Of a stretch of 64,000 bases of DNA, positions 41,050-53,619 are shown piece after piece. Positions within the stretch are counted from its first letter, which is position 1, and each line of letters starts with the position of its first letter. Source of the stretch: Eledone cirrhosa. Taxonomy: Eukaryota. Under the pieces are notes generated by a model. The model did not search any database and was not told where the DNA came from. It saw only the letters and a list, made by a program, of their open reading frames with translations. Both the position numbers and the translations under genes were made by a program. The stretch is from contig CAXHJY010001669.1 of assembly GCA_964016885.1 (NCBI GenBank), positions 62,001-126,000 of the forward strand, read 5' to 3'.

Positions 41050-41953
41050 TCAGGTTGGTAAAAAATTAATGCAGTTTTTTTAAACATTAACTTTAAAACA
41101 ACACATTTTACACCACAATAAACTTTATTGGTCGAAATAAAAACCATTAGAATCTACACATTCTTGCTAAAAAATACAAGTTTATTTATTCCAGTAACAT
41201 AGAATTCTGATGTACTGGAGGCGATGAATTGTTCGAAGGCATTTTTTTACGGCCGTTTGATTGTTGAAGACTTTTCCTTGCAAGAGGTTATCGAAATGCT
41301 TGAAAAAGTGGTAGTAGGTCAGTGAAAGATCTAGTGCAACTTCATCTTTGGGGAGTGTTTAAGAGCTTTCATCTCGGTCCAACCATTGTGCTGAACGTCA
41401 TAGATTGTTGTATTGGATCTACATTTGGTAGCACGTCACAAGAAATGAGTCGCTTTTGTTGCTCAAAAGAAGCGAAAAGAAAACTTCGTAACTGTGATTT
41501 TTCTCGTTTTCTTTCAATTCGTGTGGCACCCATTTTTCAAGTTTTTTCAAATGTTTCACTACATAAATTTAGCTCTCGAACAGTTGTGTAAAGATTTGCT
41601 TTCACAAAAGCCTTCAGTTCATCAGAAAGACGTCCACAACCTTCCTTTTCTTCAAAAGTGCATTGTGCATTCATTAACACTTCCTTAACACCAAACTTCA
41701 TTGATATTTCTAGCCGTTTTTGTTGCACTGCGGCTGAGTTTAAAATCATAGAAATAAATTTGGCGAAAATTCTGTTTTGACATCTTAACTTGAAAGATCT
41801 AAGTATTGAGAAAAATGCAATTGATATTAAAAATAGAATACATAGAAATAAATAAGCTTTAAAATGATACATAAAATTACACATATTATTTATTTTAAAA
41901 AAAGTTTAAACAAATATAAATATAAAACCTGCATTAATTACTAAACAACCTAA
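41050..41953 (-). mobile_element. Internally deleted mariner DNA transposon
   Basis: TIRs TCAGGTTGGTAAAAAATTAATGCAG / CTGCATTAATTACTAAACAACCTAA, flanked by TA at 41048 and 41954. The minus strand encodes WVPHEL (~41515-41532) and DLSLTYYHFFKHFDNLLQG (YSPDL-type motif, ~41276-41332). Confidence 0.85.
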
Positions 41954-42030
41954 TATTTATGCTGCTCTTTTTTAACAGATACCGAATGTTACTAAACGAC
42001 ACTCAAAGGGTGTCTAGGCTGCCTTAATAT

Positions 42031-42465
42031 TTTCGTGATTGAATATCTAACGAAATACACTCTATTTCTATTAGTTAATGGAAAATTTTAAGGGATTTAA
42101 AATTATCATTTCATAACTAAAATGATAACTAAACATACGGTTCTTATATAAAATTAAGTTGGAATGTTTTAATTTCTACGAGAACGCTTTAAAATTGGTG
42201 ATTTTGTTTCATAGAACCAGAGGCACTTTTCACTTGGTTTTGTATCAAAATTCTTTATCGTTTCGTGATTGTATTTCTAATGAAATACACTTAATTTCGA
42301 TTAATTATTGAAGAATTTTTAGAGATTTAGTAAAATTAATAATTATTCCATTTCTAGAAAAGTAACTTAACAAATGGTTCTTATATAAAATTATATTGGA
42401 AGGTTTTGATTTGTACACATATAAGAACCCTTTAAATGGGTGGTTTAGTTTCATAAAAGAACCAG
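42031..42465. repeat. Old diverged tandem duplication, ~230-bp period
   Basis: TTTCGTGATTG...GAAATACAC...GGTTCTTATATAAAATTA...GTTTCATA...GAACCAG occurs from ~42031 and again from ~42261. Confidence 0.7.
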
Positions 42466-42598
42466 TTTGGGCTGTGTTGTAGCAAAAGTTTCGTTTCCCG
42501 TCTTTTCTTGAGATAGAGCCTTTAAACACTACTATTTATATAGATAATTCTAGTTGATGTCAGGATTTTTCAGGTTTTATTATCTATGGATCGAATTG

Positions 42599-42803
42599 GA
42601 GCAGGTGGATTGACAGTATCGGTAGAGCATCGGACAAAATACTTTGCAGTATTTAGTTACGACTTTTTATGTTCAATTTCCGCCGAGGTCAACTTTGCTT
42701 TCATCCTTCTCGGGTCGATAAAATAACATACCGGTTAAGTACTTGGGTCGATGTAATTAACTTTCCCTTCACCCAAATTGTTAGCCTTGTTCCAATGTTA
42801 GAA
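42599..42803 (+). mobile_element. tRNA-derived SINE with Meta-domain-like core
   Basis: GTTCAATTTCCGCCGAGGTCAACTTTGCTTTCATCCTTCTCGGGTCGATAAAATA; same family as 29518-29706. Confidence 0.75.
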
Positions 42804-43009
42804 TGAAAAATCTACGAAGTGAATTTTTTTTTATCTATCAGGGAGGTGTTACGGGGCCAGTTTGCCACTATAGTTGTATATATCATCTTTATGTTCATTT
42901 AGAAGAAAGGTATTCTGGATATGAGGTAATAAGAATGGTCAGTTTTAGATTTCTCAGCAATTATGAATTGTGGTTTCATATTTGGCTATAAACAAGTTTA
43001 TACTTTATG

Positions 43010-43285
43010 CAGAGATGGACACTGCTAAGTATTCTAAGGTCCACCGAAATGCTATGATGGATACAGTCAAACGTCCAAAATAGCACCCCAATTTCTGACT
43101 GCACCAGTTACGGTGAGATGGATACCACCAAGCATTTCTAAGCCCCTTCCCCCGAAATTCTATGATGGACACACAATCAAACATCTAGAGTGGAACCCCA
43201 ACAACTGACTACACGAGTTATAGGGAGATGGATACCGCCAATCATTTCTAAGGTCCATTGAAATGTCATGTTGGACATCCACAGT
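43010..43285. repeat. Diverged ~105-110-bp tandem repeat, ~2.5 copies
   Basis: GAGATGGA(T)AC...TTCTAAG...GAAAT..(T)ATG.TGGA recurs at ~43012, 43115 and 43225. Confidence 0.6.
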
Positions 43286-43369
43286 GACACCAGTGGCGGG
43301 AACTTGATTGATTGAGGTTGAAAATGCTGTAGTTTCAAGTTAAATTTTTTACAAGCATTCAGTGTGTAT

Positions 43370-43995
43370 ATCTTCTTTTTCACTCACTTATTCCTGAGAG
43401 GGTCTTTGGGGAAGAGTCCTCAAACATTCTTTCCAGCAGGTCCTGTCAGAAGCAGCCGTCTCCAACTGATCCGACTGGATTCCCAATCGAGACCATCCAA
43501 GCTCATGGATGTTATCCAGCCATCTTGCTCGGGGTCTACCCCTGGGACTCCTGCCAGTTGGTTTTGCCCGTAAAATCTGCACAGCGATTATTTTCTGAGA
43601 CATTCCAAACACATACCCATAGTATCGGAGCTGTGATCTTTCAATTCGGAGAAGTAGAGGTTCTACCTGGAGTGACTTTCTGATCTTCGAGCTACTCTAT
43701 CGTGTAACGTTACTCCAAAGACCCTTCGGAGGAACCCGATTTCGGTCGCTTGTATTCGTGATCGTATTCTTTCGGTCACTACCCAAGATTCATGACCATA
43801 GGTAAGGGTTATCACAAATACCGAATTGAAGATAGCGAGTTAGTCTTTTACGCCTACCCGCTTCTGTTTACCGAATGCTGAAGCTGGCGCTTTACTGCAC
43901 CAGCTCCTGCAATTCTTGCACTTAATTCAGCTTCCTGCCTTCCATCACTCGTGAACACGGTCTCGACATAATTGAACTTCTCCACCTGCTTCAGT
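43370..43995 (-). mobile_element. RTE LINE 3' fragment
   Basis: Minus strand LKQVEKFNYVE...GRSPRGRPRARWLDNIHELGWSRLGI; same family as 38475 and 54474. Confidence 0.88.
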
Positions 43996-44107
43996 GTATA
44001 TATACTTTTGTCAAAGAAAAAAATATATAGAAACAAAATTAGACAAAATGGCACACTATAAAATATTTGCTGCTATCTATATACTACTAAAACTCTGATC
44101 TTGATTG

Positions 44108-44108
44108 G

Positions 44109-44180
<72 letters not shown>
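44108..44180. repeat. (TTGC)n microsatellite
   Basis: Direct reading. Confidence 0.95.
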
Positions 44181-44220
44181 ACACACTTTCTCTATATATA
44201 TATGTTCATATTTGTGTATA

Positions 44221-44413
44221 TACAGGTTGTCCCCCCAAAAATGTATACCCACTTTGATTGCCTATACATGCATAATTTGTTAGGATGGTGTATACATTTT
44301 TAGGGACCCCGGTATTATTATATATATAGTGTCCCCGAAAAATGTATACACACTTTGATTACCTGTACAGGCAATATATATATTAGAATGGTGTATACAT
44401 TTTTAGCGACCCC

Positions 44414-44448
<35 letters not shown>

Positions 44449-45722
44449 TGTCCCCGAAAAATGTATACACACTTTGATTACCTGTACAGGCAATATATAT
44501 ATTAGAATGATGTATACATTTTTAGAGACCCCGGTATATATATATGGTGTCCCCGAAAAATGTATACACACTTTGATTACCTGTACAGGCAATATATATA
44601 TTAGAATGGTGTATAAATTTTTAGGGACCCCGGTATATATATATATATATATATATATATGGTGTCCTCGAAAAATGTATACACACTTTGATTACCTGTA
44701 CAGGCAATATATATATTAGAATGGTGTATACATTTTTAGGGACACCGGTATATATATATGGTGTCCCCGAAAAATGTATACACACTTTGATTACCTGTAC
44801 AGGCAATATATATATTAGAATGATGTATACATTTTTAGGGACCCCGGTATATATATATGGTGTCCCCGAAAAATGTATACACACTTTGATTACCTGTACA
44901 GGCAATATATATATTAGAATGGTGTATAAATTTTTAGGGAACCCGGTATATATATATATATATATGGTGTCCTCGAAAAATGTATACACACTTTGATTAC
45001 CTGTACAGGCAATATATATATTAGAATGGTGTATACATTTTTAGGGACACCGGTATATATATATGGTGTCCCGGAAAAATGTATACACACTTTGATTACC
45101 TGTACAGGCAATATATATATTAGAATGGTGTATACATTTTTAGGGACCCCGGTATATATATATATGGTGTCCCCGAAAAATGTATACACACTTTGATTAC
45201 CTGTACAGGCAATATATATATTAGAATGGTGTATACATTTTTAGGGACACCGGTATATATATATGGTGTCCCGGAAAAATGTATACACACTTTGATTACC
45301 TGTACAGGCAATATATATATTAGAATGGTGTATACATTTTTAGGGACCCCGGTATATATATATGGTGTCCCGGAAAAATGTATACACACTTTGATTACCT
45401 GTACAGGCAATATATATATTAGAATGGTGTATACATTTTTGGGGACACCGGTATATACATATATATATATGGTGTCCCGGAAAAATGTAAACACACTTTG
45501 ATTACCTGTACAAGCAATATATATATTAGAATGGTGTATACATTTTTAGGGACCCCGGTATATATATATGGTGTCCCCGAAAAATGTATACACACTTTGA
45601 TTACCTGTACAGGCAATATATATATTAGAATGGTGTATACATTTTTAGGGACCCCGGTATATATATATATATATATATATATGGTGTCCTGGAAAAATGT
45701 ATACACACTTTGATTACCTGTA
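44221..45722. repeat. Tandem array (~14.5 copies, ~99-119 bp) of a Tc1/mariner-type MITE separated by variable (TA)n
   Basis: Each unit is GGTGTCCCCGAAAAATGTATACAC-spacer-GTGTATACATTTTTAGGGAC(A/C)CC, i.e. terminal inverted repeats. The first copy keeps a TA|CAGG terminus (44221). Confidence 0.85.
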
Positions 45723-45789
45723 CTAGACTACTCGTGACCCGTTGGGTCACGAGTAGTCTAGTTGAATACTAAAAGTTAGCAGTGAATTA

Positions 45790-46081
45790 TTGGTCGACCA
45801 ATGGAACAACCTGCTCCTCCTGAAATTAACGTGCACGTGGTTGAGTATTTCACGGATACGTGTAGCCTTAACGTAATTCTCAGGGTGATTCAGCGTGTCA
45901 CAGCATGTGACCAGGCTGACCGTTTGAATAACAGGTAGAGCTCATTTTCCCCCAGCTGAATGAACTGAAGCCAAGTGTAATAAAGTATCTTGATTAAGGG
46001 GATACAACATATTGCCAGGAACCGAACTCACGATGTTGTGATCGTGAGCCAAACATCCTAACCACTAAGCCACACGCCTTC
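45790..46081 (-). mobile_element. tRNA-derived SINE (second family)
   Basis: Minus strand GAAGGCGTGTGGCTTAGTGGTTAGG (A box)...GAGTTCGGTTCC (B box); body homologous to 60065-60335. Confidence 0.75.
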
Positions 46082-46310
46082 ATGGTGTATGTATATATAT
46101 ATATATATGCATGTACGTATATAGGTGTAAGAATGTAAGTATTCATGTATGTCTGTGTACACGTGTGTGTATATGTGGGTGTGAGTGTATGCAAGTATGG
46201 ATGTGTATGCCTGTGTACACGTGTGTGTGTGTATTATGAGTATGCATATGTATGCAAGTATATATGTGTGTATGTCTCTGTACACGTATGTGTGTATGTA
46301 TGCGTATGTA

Positions 46311-46971
46311 TGTTTAACGAAGGGTTATTAGTTAAGAAATCGTTAGATGGATTAACATGGTTGTTAGACGTAATAACAAGAATGGCCGATTTACTTAATA
46401 TATAAAGGTTTACTTCACTTCAATCAAAAAGAACAATAAACAAGTTACCATGAGTTGCCAAGGTTGACAATGTTATTTTGTTCTTGATTCATGAGGCTGG
46501 TGTAGTCTGCGACCAAGAGAGAGAGAGAGAAAGTGAGAGAGTAATGGTCTGTAGTTGACTGTAGACCACTGTGTCCTGTAGAGAGCGGTGATCTATACAT
46601 AGCTTGTTGCTAGCGTAATGCTCCGATCTCTCTGTATGTCGGTAGACCTCTGGGGCCTGAAGTTAGCGGTGAACCTTTCACATAGCTTGTCTGTATCGTG
46701 GTGCTCCGATCTCTCTGTACTTCTGTAGACCTCTGGGGCCTGAAGTTAGCGGTGAACCTTTCACATGGTTTGTCTGTATCGTGGTGCTCCGATCTCTCTG
46801 TATGTAAGGTGGGAAAATATAGGCTTTATATACCTGTCGCTTTCTGTCCCCCACCTTGAGGGGATAGCCCATGCATGGCATGAACCTGTTCACACCAAAA
46901 GGGTGGTGACCTACTAGAATTTGACCTTTAGGTGTCACCCAAGGTTCAAGGCGTAGACAGATTTCGCTACA
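46311..46971. mobile_element. Possible solo LTR containing an 83-bp internal tandem repeat
   Basis: TG...CA termini flanked by TATGTA on both sides, though within (TATG)n. 83-bp repeat register at 46621, 46704 and 46787. TATA-like and AATAAA motifs present. Confidence 0.35.
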
Positions 46972-47034
46972 TATGTATGTCTCATTAAGTTTACGCCTCT
47001 CTGTCAGTCTGTCAATCTGTCCGTCTGTCTGTCT

Positions 47035-49020
47035 GAGGATAGTAGACGTGTTTCATATCGCTCTGTGATTTGGAATTTTACCTGCTATATTTGTGAGTGA
47101 ATTTTTTTGAATTCTTTTGTATCATTAACTCTAACCCCTAGTCTGGGACTATAGACGTAGGGTAAATATATTTTCACCCCTTTTGGGGTGAAAAATAATT
47201 ATTTCAGAAATGTTTATCGATATCGTTGATAACGTTATCGTCGAAAACGATATCGCCATATTGGAAGCGAACGCCACGCCGACCAAAAAAACAAGCGGGA
47301 AAGAGGGAACAACAGTTCAAACTGTTGAACAGCCCCTCCTCTCCAATGAAAAAAAAAAGAATTTTAATTCAAATGAAAAAATTAATTTTCAAGAAAAAAA
47401 TAACACCACAAATAAGGAAACCAACAACATTACAACAACAAACACAGACAACAAAATTTCTTTTGCTCAAACACTCGGGAAGGCCACGGAATACAAACCC
47501 ATTGACATCACGAACGCTAAGGAAAATTTGCTAGAGGCTAGAAAATACGTATCTTTTGGGGAGGATGGTTCTTTTACGATCAACTCCCCAGAAGAAGTGC
47601 GTCAACAGATTTACAAGAATACCATAACCTAAAAAACCATAACCAACGAAACGAGAAAGCCAGTGCAATTGACAGAAAGTCAAATTGAGCTGGTTCTGAA
47701 AGACATTAAAAAGGACATACTCTTTATTCAAAAAGGAAAGCTGTATGCCAGCATTATGGTCCGAATGAAGGACGAAATACTGGCTCAGAAATATTCGGTG
47801 GCACCTATAGTGTCACCACAATACACCTTCTTCCCCACATATAAAGGAAGAAGAACACAAAGGATAAGAATGTGGAGCCCTACGCCAGAAATTAACATCT
47901 GGTCCGTCCTAACAGGATTTACCGACCTAGATAAGGACATACTCATTTAAGCAGGGGAGTCCACCAGTGGACTGTTCGGGGGGAAAAGTCTGGAGGTTCT
48001 CTTACAGATGACACCTGAGAGAATCTCCGGAATACCCGACCGAGTGCTACTGGATGGGCGAACCTTCATAAATATCACAGTGGAAGGCAGGAGACCCTCA
48101 TGTTACCACTGCGCTGGCAGAGGTCCCCTGAGGACGGCCTGCCCTCTACTAACAACAAAAAAACCACTGCTACAAACACCACAACAACAACAAAAACAAC
48201 CAGCACCACCATCACAAAAACAACAAAATACACTACCATCACCACCAGAACGACAACAAAAACCAACAACACCACCACCACAACAACATCAACAACAGCT
48301 CAAGAAGACAACCCAAAACACGGTCCCACCCAGCCCCACCCCACAGAACACAAATACAAAAACAGTTCATACACAACCCGGAGATATACCAATGCGTGCG
48401 CGACGAGGAAACCGTCGCGCACGCATTGGTGCACTGCCCGGGCGTTGCCGATCTGTGGGGCTATGTCGAACAACTGCTGTCACGGGTGGGACCAATTAGG
48501 TTGACCACCGAGTCCATTGTAACGATCAAGCCGCCTCCCCCCTTCAAAAATGAAGGAGAGGCGGTCTTCCTCTGTGTAATAGCCATGGTAAAAGAGGCTA
48601 TATGGTGGACGCGTCTGAAAGGGCTGAGGTCGGACACCTTTCTCTCCGGCCAACAACTGGTGCTTTTCTTCCGATACCATTTCGGAAGAAGGATCAGGAT
48701 GGAGAGAGAGGTGCTCCACTCCAGCCAGTTTTATGAAAGGTGGGTGAAAGTTGCGAGAATGGCCCGTGTGAATGGGCCTTCTCTCTACCTCAGCCTGTAG
48801 GTGGAAAATGAAGAAGGGAGCACCCTCTCTTTGTGCTCCCGTGGAGAAGAGTAGCACACTTTTTTTCGGGTGTGTGTGTGACCCCAAAACGATCCCTCCC
48901 TATTGAGGACCTTCTTGTTATTATTTTGTTTGTTATATTTTTCTTACTCGATTTTTATGTAAACTCCCCCCCACCCATGTACATGTCCCTTTCTTTTGTG
49001 CCCTAGTGGCAAATAAACAG
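47035..49020 (+). mobile_element. Tx1/L1-clade LINE copy 1: 5' UTR + most of ORF1, deleted into the ORF2 zinc finger + 3' UTR
   Basis: ORF1 pieces 47210-48390 include the zinc-knuckle remnant RRPSCYHCAGRGPLRTACP. From 48392 it is near-identical to 53210-53835. Confidence 0.9.
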
Positions 49021-49260
49021 AAATTTGTCTGTATGTCTCTCACTATATCTATGTCTGTCTGCCTGTCAATCTGTCTGTCTGTCTGAGGATAGTAGACGTC
49101 TTTCATATCGGCTCTTCGATTTGGAATTTTTACCTGGAATATTTGAGAGTGCATTATTTAAATTGTTTTTTATTATTGACTCTAACCCCTAGTCTGGGAC
49201 TGTAGACGTAGGGTAAATATATTTTCACCCCTTTTGAGGTGAAAAATATTTAATTCAGAA

Positions 49261-50159
49261 ATGTTTATCGATATCGTTGAAAACGATATCGTCGAAAACG
49301 ATATCGCCATATTGGAAGCTAACGCCACGCCTACCAAAAAAATAAGCGGGAAAGAGGGAACAACAACAAAAACAACCAGCACCACCATCACAAAAACAAC
49401 AAAATACACTACCATCACCACCACAACGACAACAAAAACCAACAACACCACCACCACCACCACCACAACAACAACAACAACATCAACAACAGCTCAAGAA
49501 AACAACCCAAAACACGGTCCCACCCAGCCCCACCCCACAGAACACAAATACAAAAACACACGCAGTTCATACACAACCCGGAGATATACCCCTCCCCTCC
49601 AATACGGAAGAGGAGCTCATATCGTCGGAAGACGAGGGGGCTCCCTTCCAAAAAGTGAAAAGAAAAAAACGTACACACACCACAAACAAAAATAACCCCA
49701 CCTGACAACACAACACAGACAACAAAACGCAAACTCACTCAAGAACAACAACCAAAAACAAACACAACAACACAAAAACTCTACACATACATAAACAAAA
49801 ACAATAAAAACCTAACTGAAAAAATAGAAAACAACCCTTCGATACAAACCGAAGGGCCGAATTTTGTAACGGCAATGGGACTCCCTAACCTGAAAATGGT
49901 GAAAGTCCCACTTGACATTTTCAAAAGTTTGAAAGACATTTACCCTGAGGACGTGGGGCCACCCTGCACCAGGCCACTCAACCGCGTCCTCCTGAAAGGT
50001 TTTCCCCTCCCCTACTCAAACACCCACACAACTCCAAACACCCCAACCCCTCCACACACTAATACCCCCACACCACCACAAACCACCACCCCACCCATCA
50101 ACCCCTCCACCAGCCCCATGGAAACTGAGCGGCCCGAACCCCGGGACGCAGAGAGGTAA
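49261..50159 (+). pseudogene. LINE ORF1 remnant (deleted/frameshifted)
   Basis: Same N-terminus as 47210 but lacks ~47316-48190 of copy 1; ends at TAA 50157-50159, 23 nt before the ORF2 ATG. Confidence 0.7.
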
Positions 50160-50182
50160 GTGCCTCTTTCTTTGCCACCAAC

Positions 50183-53100
50183 ATGGCTGTGTTAAGAGTA
50201 GGTTGTCTAAATGCGCGTGGCCTGGGCTCACCTTGGAAGCAAGCTAAACTTCTAAGTGACCTCAGGTCACAATGTATAAATGTGATGGTTATTTGCGAGG
50301 CCCGGATCAGCAGCATGCGACAGCTAGCCCCCACCTTTGATGACTTTGAGATGCACGCATCTCTCTGTCAGCCCGGAGGTGGAGGTGGGGTTGTCGTTCT
50401 GCTGCAAAAACATCTGGGTCTCGTTACACAGACGGTACACTTGGACCCGAAGGGTCGACTCGTGGTTCTGGACCTTGGCAATGGTGAAGGCGAAGCTTTT
50501 AGGCTTGTCGCTGTATACGCCCCTTTTGGGGCAATGTGGTCGGACTTCTTCCATCGTCTGGAGACTTTTCTAGGGACGTCCCGCTCCTTGCTTTTAGTGG
50601 GGGACTGGAATGGTATCCTAGATGCACGTTGGGACTATGTAGGGGCATGTCCCGATATAGGGCGGTGTAACAGCCTTAAGGGGTTAATCGGCCGATTTGA
50701 CCTGGCCGATAGATACCGACTAGATTTTCCGACTGTGCCAACCTGGACTTGGTCAAATAACAGTGGTCAATCTAGATCGTACCTAGATAGGTTCTTAGTT
50801 AGAATTAAGGATAGGGACTTTTAAGTTGTCCAGAAATGCTCATGGTGGGCTATTCAGACCACAAGTTAGTGACCTGCGTAGTCCACCTTGATAGAACGCA
50901 TAGGCAGGGACCCGGTTACTGGAAGCTCAACTTGTCCTTACCGGCAAGTAGAGCTTACAGGGACCGGATTAGAACCTTAGTTAAGGAGCGGTTGACGGGC
51001 GCCATCGTCAACAGCAGGTGGTGGGGCTCTCTAAAAAGAGAGATTAGAGTAGTTTCAATAGGAGTTAGTAAGGAGTTAGCCTCAGATAGAAATAGGAAGG
51101 AAAGGGAGTTGGTAGTTAATGTTGAAGAGGCAATGAGAAGCGGCAACGTGGCCAGAGTGCAAGCGTCGAGAACGGTCTTGAACCAGTTCTTCGACGCGAA
51201 ATACGAAGGCTGCGTTGTCCGAAGCAAAACACGTGCTCTGGGAAACGAGGGGACCAAAGCTGTTAGCTGGGCCCGCGTGACAGAAACGAAAAGTGGGATT
51301 AAATCCACTATCCGGTCTTTGCGAGACCAGGATGGACGGTTGATCCTTGAACCTAAGCATATGTGCGAGGCCTTTCAAAGGCACTTTGCCCGATTGTTCG
51401 GGAGGGGCGGGGGGCCGGTTGGGGATGTGGATTTCGGTCCATACCTCGACGGCCTGCCGCGTCTTTCGGACAAGGAGGCGAGGTCCTGCGACGGGCCGAT
51501 CTCAGCTGCTGAAATAGGGGACGTGCTGAGCCTATGCGGCAAACGCAAATCTCCAGGGCTCGATGGTCTGCCCTACGAACTATATATTAATATGCCGGAC
51601 TTGTTCCCCGATCTCCTCGAGGCGGTCTACTGCAACTGGCAACAGAACGGGAGAATTCCCTGTTCTGTGACCAAGGGAGTAGTCTCGCTAGTGAGGAAGG
51701 ACGAGAACAAGGGGGATGACATTAGTAATTTTAGGCCCATAACTCTGCTAAATGCAGAGTTAAAGATTTTGGCGAAGGTGTTAGCGAAGAGGTTGGCGCT
51801 TGTCGTGGGGGGCCTGGTGGGAGATGCGCAGACATGCGCTATCCCATCCAGGTCCATCCACGACAACCTCCACCTCATGCGATACATCATAGAGAGGGTT
51901 GGGAACGAACCCGGCTTTGGTGGGGCTCTGATAAATTTAGATCAGTCTAAAGCGTTCGATAGGGTGGACCATGGTTACCTGGATGCGGTGCTAGCGGCGG
52001 CTGGGTTCGGACCCGTTTTCAGGGGCTGGATCACTGCCATGCACAGCAGCCGCATCTGCTCTAGAGTCAAGGGGAACGGCTACCTTTCGGAGCCGTTCGA
52101 AATCACCCGCTCCATCCGACAGGGATGCCCTCTCTCCTCCCTTCTGTATGTATTGGCTCTCGAGCCACTACTGCGGAAGTTGGAGTTGTTGCAGGGCATC
52201 CCTTTGGAACCGGGATTGCGCAAAGCGGTGTCGGCCTATGCCGATGACGTAACAGTAATGGTGTCGACCACCTCGGAAATCGAGGCAATCGGCACCTCAC
52301 TGGAGGAGTACGAAAGGTTGACAGGGGCTAAGCTGAACCGGGACAAGTCAGTCGCTTTGCAACTCGGCGAGTGGAGGGGCAAAGCGATGTCGTGCGACGA
52401 TATCGTCGGACGGTGGACGGAGGGCCCGGTGAAGTTGCTTGGGGTCTGGTTCGGACCGGACCTCCAGGGGGAGAAAAACTGGGGTGAGGTGACGAATAGG
52501 GTGTTTGCACTGACCCAGAAGTGGGCCGAGTGCAAACTATCCCTGAAAGGTCGGGCGGAGGTGGCGAACGCTTACATAGCGTCCGTCATCTATTACCGCT
52601 TGACTGTCGTGCCTTGCCCGGGTGAGATGCTCGCCAAAATGGAGCGCGCCCTCTTTTATTTCCTTTGGAAAAAGAGGTCTCCTCTGGTAAGGAGATCCAT
52701 CTGCTGTCAACACCCTTCGAAAGGAGGGCTGGGGATGCCGTGGCTAAAAATACGTAAACACGCATTGAGGCTAAGGCACCTCCAGGTATTCCTCACCGGT
52801 CAACCGGTGTGGGCCCCGTTTGTGAGGCGAGCCTTCCCGAGGCTCGTCTCGCTCAACGAGCTGCAGTCCTGGGTGAAGCAAAGACCGAGAAAACTGGGCG
52901 ACTGGCACACCGAGTGTGCCCAGGCGCTCACGGCTCTCTGGCAGGCGGACCCGGCTATCGACGAAGACTCCACCTCGTCATTCTATAGAGGGCTGGTGGT
53001 TAGCAGGTGCGACGACGCCCTCGGAGAAACCCTAGGCATGGAGGAGGACGAACTGGCCAGTCTATTCGGTAGGACTTTCGGCCCGGGACCTATGGACAAC

Positions 53101-53619
53101 TTCCAGAAGTCCTTGGCCTGGCAGTGCTACCGAGGGGCTCTGCCCGTTCGGGATAAGCTCTACAGACACGGGCGCCCGGGTAGGGACCCCTCGAAAAAGA
53201 TCTGTCCCAGATGCGTGCGCGACGAGGAGACCGTCGCGTACGCATTGGTGCACTGCCAGGGCGTTGCCGATCTGTGGGGCTATGTCGAACAACTGCTGTC
53301 AAGGGTGAGACCGATTAGGTTGACCACCGAGTCCATTGTAACGATCAAGCCGCCTCCCCCCTTCAAAAATGAAGGAGAGGCGGTCTTCCTCTGTGTAATA
53401 GCCATGGTAAAAGAGGTTATATGGTGGACGCGTCTGAAAGGGCTGAGGTCGGACACCTTTCTTTCCGGCCAACAACTGGTTCTTTTCTTCCGATACCATT
53501 TCGGAAGAAGGATCAGGATGGAGAGAGAGGTGCTCCACTCCAGCCAGTTTTATGAAAGGTGGGTGAAAGTTGCGAGAATGGCCCGTGTGAATGGGCCTTC
53601 TCTCTACCTCAGCCTGTAG
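50183..53619 (+). CDS. LINE ORF2 (APE endonuclease, reverse transcriptase, C-terminal zinc finger), one 1-bp frameshift at ~50820
   Basis: CLNARGL, VYAP, GDWN, LDRF, SDHK, GPGYWKLN, KSPGLDGLP, FRPITLLN, LDQSKAFDRV, IRQGCPLS, YADDV, CPRC...HC. Adding one base at the T-run 50819-50822 joins the two ORFs into ~1145 aa. Confidence 0.9.

Noticed and set aside
44101-46405. Numerous short ORFs (LACL, YIYTG, CVCV types), also 56971-57426 and 58624-59036
   Set aside because: They are translations of microsatellites and of the MITE array.
47030-47060. CTGAGGA and minus-strand GAAACACGTC at the Tx1 5' end as a ribozyme
   Set aside because: The two boxes lie on opposite strands and no matching partner box or stems were found.
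50153-50186. AG|GTAAGT splice-donor consensus over the ORF1 stop codon
   Set aside because: Single short motif with no supported acceptor or transcript evidence; may be chance.
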